A model generated the notes under the pieces. It saw nothing but the letters and a program-made list of their open reading frames with translations. It did no database searches and had not been told where the DNA came from. The translations under genes were made by a program, and so were the position numbers. This document shows, piece after piece, positions 61,101 to 64,000 of a stretch of DNA of 64,000 bases; the first letter of the stretch is position 1, and the number at the start of each line of letters is the position of its first letter. This DNA comes from Alphaproteobacteria bacterium (GTDB taxonomy: Bacteria; Pseudomonadota; Alphaproteobacteria; UBA828). The stretch lies in assembly GCA_965221125.1 (NCBI GenBank), contig CBDCRW010000004.1, positions 992,001 to 1,056,000 on the forward strand. Direction: 5' to 3'.

Positions 61101-63288
61101 CACGGCGTCGCTCCCGGAAGGCGTGCCGGTGGAGAACAGCCTGCGCGTGGTCCCGGACATCGAACACCTGCGCGCGGCCCTGGCCGGCGAACCCGGACTG
61201 GATCGCGTTCAGGTTCAGCGGCTCGCGCGCGGCGTGGCGCTTTCCGGCGACGTCGACTCGCATGCGGCGGAAGGCCGCGCACTCCGGCTGGCGGCAGCCT
61301 CACTTCCGGAAGGCGTGCCGGTGGAGAACAACCTGCACGTGGGACTGGACCTCGCGCCTCTGCGCTCGCTGGTGGCCGGCGAGCGCGGTCTGAAGGACGT
61401 TCGTGTGCAGCGGACAGGCCGCGGTGTTGCGCTCATCGGCGAGGTGGGTTCGGCCGAGGCGTCCGATCAGGCCTCCCGCCTCGCGGCCGCGCTTCTCCCG
61501 GAAGACATGCCTGTCGAGAACAACCTGCGCGTGGTGTGGGACGTGGAGCCGCTGCGCGCGCTTCTGGCCGGATCGCCCGATCTGGAACGCGTGCAGGTTC
61601 AGCGCCTTGCGCGTGGCGTCGTGCTCAGCGGGGATGTCGACTCGCATGCGACGGCCGACCTGGCGCTTCGCCTGGCTGCGGCATCCGTGCCGGAAGGCGT
61701 TCTGGTGGAGAACAACCTGAACGTGCGACTGGACCTGGCGCCACTGCGGGTGCTCATTGCAGGTGTACCGGACTTGCGCAACGTCCGGGTGAAACGGATC
61801 GGACGGGGCGTGGCGCTCTCGGGCGAGGTGGGCTCGGCGGAAGCGTCAGATAGGGCACTTCGGCTCGCCGTGGCCTCGCTGCCCGAGGGTATTGCGGTCG
61901 AGAACGGCCTGCGCATAGCGCCGGATGTCGAACCGCTGCGGGCGCTCCTGGCCGGGGAACCCGGTCTTGAGCGGGTGCACGTGCAGAAACTCGCGCGTGG
62001 CGTCGCGCTGGCCGGCGATGTCGCTTCGCCGAAAGCCGCAGACCGGGCGCTGCGTCTTGCCGCCGCTTCCCTGCCCGAAGGCATGCTGGTGGAAGACAAC
62101 CTGAACGTCGGGTTGAATCTTGCGCCTCTCGAAGCGCTCATGGTTGCGGAGGAGGGCTTCGAGAGCATCCGCCTCAACCGGATCGACCGAGGCGTGGCGC
62201 TGACCGGCGAGGTGGGGTCGCAGACGGAAGCGGAACGTGCTGCCCGTCTTGCGGCTGCCACGCTCCCTGAGGACGCTCTGGTCGAGAACAACCTGCGCGT
62301 GGTGCTGGATTCCGGACCTCTTCGTGCGGCCCTTGCGGGTGATCCGGAGTTCGACCGCGTCCACGTGCGCGATCTTGGGCATGGCGTATCGCTGAGCGGC
62401 GAGGTCAGCTCGGCTGCGGCCGCCGATCGGGCGCACCGACTTGCCGCCGTTTCGCTGCCTGCGGACACGCTGGTGGAGAACAACCTGCGCATCGCCGGGC
62501 CCCTGCAGGTGAACCTGGAGGTGCAGATCGCGGAGGTGCAGCGCTCCATCGCCGAGGAATTCGGGTTCAACTGGGAGCTCTTCGGACGTTCTGCCGAGGG
62601 GGATCTGGGAGGCAGCTTCCGGATCGGACGGCAGAACAGGACCGAGCAAGCCATGGTGGACGGATTGCCGTCGCCGTCCCTCATTCTATCGAGAACGTGG
62701 GAAGAGATCGGCATTACCGGCATGGTCGATGCACTTGCGAAAGCGGGCCTTGCTAACGTGCTGGCCCGGCCCAACGTCACCGCCAACTCGGGCGAGACCG
62801 CGTCCTTCTTCTCGGGTGGTGAGTTTCCGCTGCCGTCCGGCTTCAAGGACGGGGTGATCGTCTTCGAGTACAAGAAGTACGGTGTCGTTCTGGACTTCGT
62901 ACCGACGATCGTTGACGACGGCAGGGTCGAGCTTACGGTTCGTCCCGAGGTTTCCGAGCCCTCGCAGGATAACTCGGTGCAGGTTGCCGGCGGCGTCAAC
63001 GTCCCCGTGATCAACGTGCGCCGTGCCGAGACTACCGTCGAGATGGGCGACGGCGAGTCGATCGTGATCGCAGGGCTCTTCAGCAGCACCTCGAACGAAG
63101 TGCAGTCGGGGGTGCCGGTGCTCAAGGATCTGCCGCTGCTCGGTGCGATGTTCGGACACACCTCGACCCGGGCGGACGAGCTGGAGCTGATCGTCACCGT
63201 GACCGCCCGCCTGGTGCAGGCCGGGCCCGCGCCGGGCGACGCGATCACGGCCGGATCCGGACAAGCCAACAACAGTTACTACTACTGA
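55120..63288 (+). CDS. Giant CpaC/RcpA secretin: TadD-like TPR lipoprotein + linker + pilus N-domain + 26 BON-like repeats + secretin domain
   Basis: Lipobox LSAC (Cys at 55297); TPRs; N-domain AVAIASPEIADVQLL...GRTTV (~57211-57420); repeats 57421-62500; secretin QVNLEVQIAEV, SGETASFFSGGEFP, GVPVLKDLPLLGAMF. Start uncertain (GTG 55120, ATG 55162 or ATG 55267). Confidence 0.9.
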   Translation: MTELPARKSSRSPIMNTAHTDRYPVPAKPGQPRARFSVSPFEAIRRAAAMAAVLFSLSACWGLSGESRSPGGEQLLQSNLSVASAALAAGQPAVAHKLYLALAERFDDAPEPVLGLGYIALQTERPGEAGDHFRRAAKLSDDAPGLRAEALLGAARASLAQGDSSAARHHLAAARDLAEDSSTIAWIENGLAVAAVFEEDYRTAEAHYASALRQPSAHPRIAANFIRMLIASGRIDVAERTYGAYATSYWDEGDRHALQNLIGEARRLSPPPNRFDPRLLLRLTEMKALPDPADAPAYPADGGLRTGPEGPVLTIGGRLFPATPATMAARPAATPAAPVLSEPPLEETADPVPTSKRSAPEYQPSVGERGSPRAAIPALAAALPREVPASSVTRSGSSSWSDVLVLRIDPEGTSREGILEVDAPVEGPPSATSTDERPPGNAETDAVPVEDVLPIDGALRSGLVLVVASSHAQVSPGSAVPDFDAATSTPGAPPQVHEPGAVQAAGIPSATAGVEQQAHRLEADPVQSANALLLTVSPHDGPPLRDNASLRAPSSSASLSREAGATSATLKSEAPEGAPPEGASHVAAAQASGLQLATIEGAGGTHRSEPGPTLVVNVAILNDYSNYDPFSAAPAAHRPFLLASASSPYIDPLWESVWMPKGSGAGFHTFAAVESESHDDWLPQVAETAPPEPARSDEWTVLLGTGHRLTLGVDAAAVAIASPEIADVQLLTPRVLFVMGRNLGRTTVSVLGEDGSVFERDVSVVLDIEPLRALLAGEPGLQGVQVESLTRGVALAGDVDSQEAADRALGLATVSLPEGTLVENNLDVGLDLEPLRALLAGEPGFADVAVKRVGRGVALTGEVASAESADRARRLALTAVPEGLPVENNLRVIIDIEPLRTVLAAKPGLDRVQVQRLARGVALAGEVDTPEAADRALRLAAASLPEGVLVENNLNLILDLLPLKALLAAETGLAHVHVRQVAWGVALAGEVASARSADLAHRLAVASLPESVPVENNLRVVDLEPLRAVLAGEAGLRGVRVESLTHEVALVGEVASPALVDLAVRLAADFLPESVPVENNLRVVDLSPLRVLLAGEPGLGGVEVRRLGRGVALAGEVASAETSERAHSLALVTLPEDLPVENNLRIVFDTGPLLEILAGEPGLERVRVQRLARGVALSGYVDSPVAAERARGLASASLPEGLAVQDNLTVGLGLEPLRELPAGEPGLDDLAPLRVFITEEPGLEGVVVRRVGRGVALTGEVASVEDAERARRLVVAALPETVPVENNLRVVPDIEPLTTVFASEPGLEGVQVKRLPRGVALAGHVDSQEGADRALGLATASLPENTLIENNLDIGLDLGPLRALLAGESGFADVEVQRVGRGIALTGEVASPEVADRAHRLAAASLPETVPVENSLRVEFDIVPLRVLLAGEAGLERVQVQRLARGVALSGYVESPAAAERALGLASASLPEGLLVEDNLTAGLGLEPLRALLAGEPGLDDLSPLRAFIAGEPGLEGVEVQRVGRGVALTGEVASAEDAERARRLAVAALPEGVPVENNLRVVFDIVPLRVLLAGEAGLDRVHVQRLARGVALAGYVGSPAAEDRALRLAAASLPEGLLIENNLDVGLDLDPLRVLLIGEPGLDSVAARRVGRGVALTGEVASADAADRAHRLAVASLPENLLVENNLRVQFDIEPLRAVLAAEPGLEGIQVRQLARGVALAGEVASPEAADRASRLAAASLPEGLIVENNLEVGLDLEPLRALMSGESGLEGVEVRRIGRGVALTGEVASADAADRAHRLAVASLPESLLVENNLRVQFDIEPLRTVLAAEPGLEQVRVQRLARGVALAGEVASPEAADRAHRLAVASLPGGLLVENNMSVVLDLVPLQALMAGESGLKGVEVQRVGQGVALTGEVASAEASDRAYRLIAASLPDSLPVENNLRVVFDIGPLRAVLAGEPELDRIQVQELGRGVVLTGEVASAEASDRAHRIATASLPEGVPVENSLRVVPDIEHLRAALAGEPGLDRVQVQRLARGVALSGDVDSHAAEGRALRLAAASLPEGVPVENNLHVGLDLAPLRSLVAGERGLKDVRVQRTGRGVALIGEVGSAEASDQASRLAAALLPEDMPVENNLRVVWDVEPLRALLAGSPDLERVQVQRLARGVVLSGDVDSHATADLALRLAAASVPEGVLVENNLNVRLDLAPLRVLIAGVPDLRNVRVKRIGRGVALSGEVGSAEASDRALRLAVASLPEGIAVENGLRIAPDVEPLRALLAGEPGLERVHVQKLARGVALAGDVASPKAADRALRLAAASLPEGMLVEDNLNVGLNLAPLEALMVAEEGFESIRLNRIDRGVALTGEVGSQTEAERAARLAAATLPEDALVENNLRVVLDSGPLRAALAGDPEFDRVHVRDLGHGVSLSGEVSSAAAADRAHRLAAVSLPADTLVENNLRIAGPLQVNLEVQIAEVQRSIAEEFGFNWELFGRSAEGDLGGSFRIGRQNRTEQAMVDGLPSPSLILSRTWEEIGITGMVDALAKAGLANVLARPNVTANSGETASFFSGGEFPLPSGFKDGVIVFEYKKYGVVLDFVPTIVDDGRVELTVRPEVSEPSQDNSVQVAGGVNVPVINVRRAETTVEMGDGESIVIAGLFSSTSNEVQSGVPVLKDLPLLGAMFGHTSTRADELELIVTVTARLVQAGPAPGDAITAGSGQANNSYYY
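57421..62500 (+). repeat. 26 diverged ~192-bp (64-aa) tandem repeats
   Basis: Consensus EPLRALLAGEPGLxxVxVxRxxRGVALxGEVASxxAADRAxRLAxASLPExxxVENNLxVxxD, counted by hand. Confidence 0.93.
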
Positions 63289-63328
63289 GGACGGTGCCGC
63301 CGTGCAGTTTCTCCTCCTGGAGTACGCA

Positions 63329-63988
63329 ATGAGGAACACGCGCCCGATAGATGTCCCCGCTTCGCGGGAGAGAGATGCAGCCGCCCCCGCGGTGGCCTCG
63401 ACTCCTGCCGCAAACCATCCTGCCGGGACGCGTCTCCGCAATGCGGCCGTGCCAGATCCGAATGCCGGCTCAATTCCGGCGGGCTTCCTCTCCCTCCGCG
63501 GCGATATCCCGGATGGAGAGCGCCCGCCTGACCGACGCAACGCAGGAAACATTGTCGTGCCCGACCTCCCGACCCGCAGCCGTCCAGCCGCCATCACCGC
63601 CGCCCTGTGTGTCGTCGTCGTTCTCGGCGGCTGCCAGGAGCGGCTGGCGCAACGCGATACCTACTTCGCTCCCCTGCGCGGCTTGAGCGCCTCTCTGCAT
63701 GCGGAGACGGAGCACGTGCTGGATTATCATCAGGCCATGCAGGCCGCGCTGCATGGATGCAGCAAGAGCCAGCGCGCGACTGCAACACCGAGCGTCATGG
63801 GGCCGGCGAACGTGGTGCCGGAGGGAGCGTTGGATCCCGACGCGCAGGCGCGGCTCTGCGCATCCTCCGGGATCACGCATGCTACGCACGGGGCGCCGTT
63901 GAACGGCTACCGGCGTTGGGTGGGAGACCAGGTCCGCGAGTTGCCCGCGCCGTCCGAGACGGCCTCCTCGATCGGAGGCGGCTCTTGA
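63329..63988 (+). CDS. Putative lipoprotein in the CpaD position downstream of the secretin
   Basis: Lipobox VVVLGGC; C-terminal YRRWVGDQVRELP reminiscent of CpaD-related tails. Start uncertain. Confidence 0.55.
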   Translation: MRNTRPIDVPASRERDAAAPAVASTPAANHPAGTRLRNAAVPDPNAGSIPAGFLSLRGDIPDGERPPDRRNAGNIVVPDLPTRSRPAAITAALCVVVVLGGCQERLAQRDTYFAPLRGLSASLHAETEHVLDYHQAMQAALHGCSKSQRATATPSVMGPANVVPEGALDPDAQARLCASSGITHATHGAPLNGYRRWVGDQVRELPAPSETASSIGGGS

Positions 63989-64000
63989 GCGACCGAGGCC

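Noticed and set aside
57421-62500. BON array as an assembly artefact
   Set aside because: Units differ at many synonymous and non-synonymous sites and the frame stays open for 5 kb; long-read confirmation is still advisable.
59904-63272. Long minus-strand ORFs with repeated TRRLFST motifs
   Set aside because: Antisense shadows of the repetitive high-GC secretin gene.

Overview
High-GC bacterial DNA, probably alphaproteobacterial (judged from the MreB and IHF-alpha N-termini; inference). The left ~26 kb is a mosaic of metabolic genes (amidohydrolase, malonyl-CoA decarboxylase, penicillin-acylase family, IorA/IorB-type molybdoenzyme, TonB receptor), a lone mreB, decayed gene fragments, and a 4621-bp TGT...ACA transposon (DDE transposase, ExeA/TnsC-like ATPase, RepA-like AAA_25 protein) that splits a LysR gene. 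The right ~37 kb (27.4-64 kb) is a heavily modified Tad/Flp pilus locus and is the best candidate for an undescribed system. Its secretin is ~2700 aa, fused to a TadD-like TPR lipoprotein, and carries 26 tandem BON-like domains where canonical CpaC/RcpA has about one. The locus also has a CpaB-TadB fusion plus a second free CpaB, a CpaE/TadZ with a ~1050-aa acidic N-terminal extension, an embedded cytochrome c peroxidase plus His-less sensor-kinase pair, a repeat-rich autotransporter and a TPR-SPOR protein. Two paralogous LysR genes face periodic arrays of TTGAG-N5-CTCAA boxes, and G24/C16 homopolymers and a 15-bp VNTR suggest length variation. No rRNA, tRNA or CRISPR array was recognised. All family calls come from reading motifs by eye; no searches were run.
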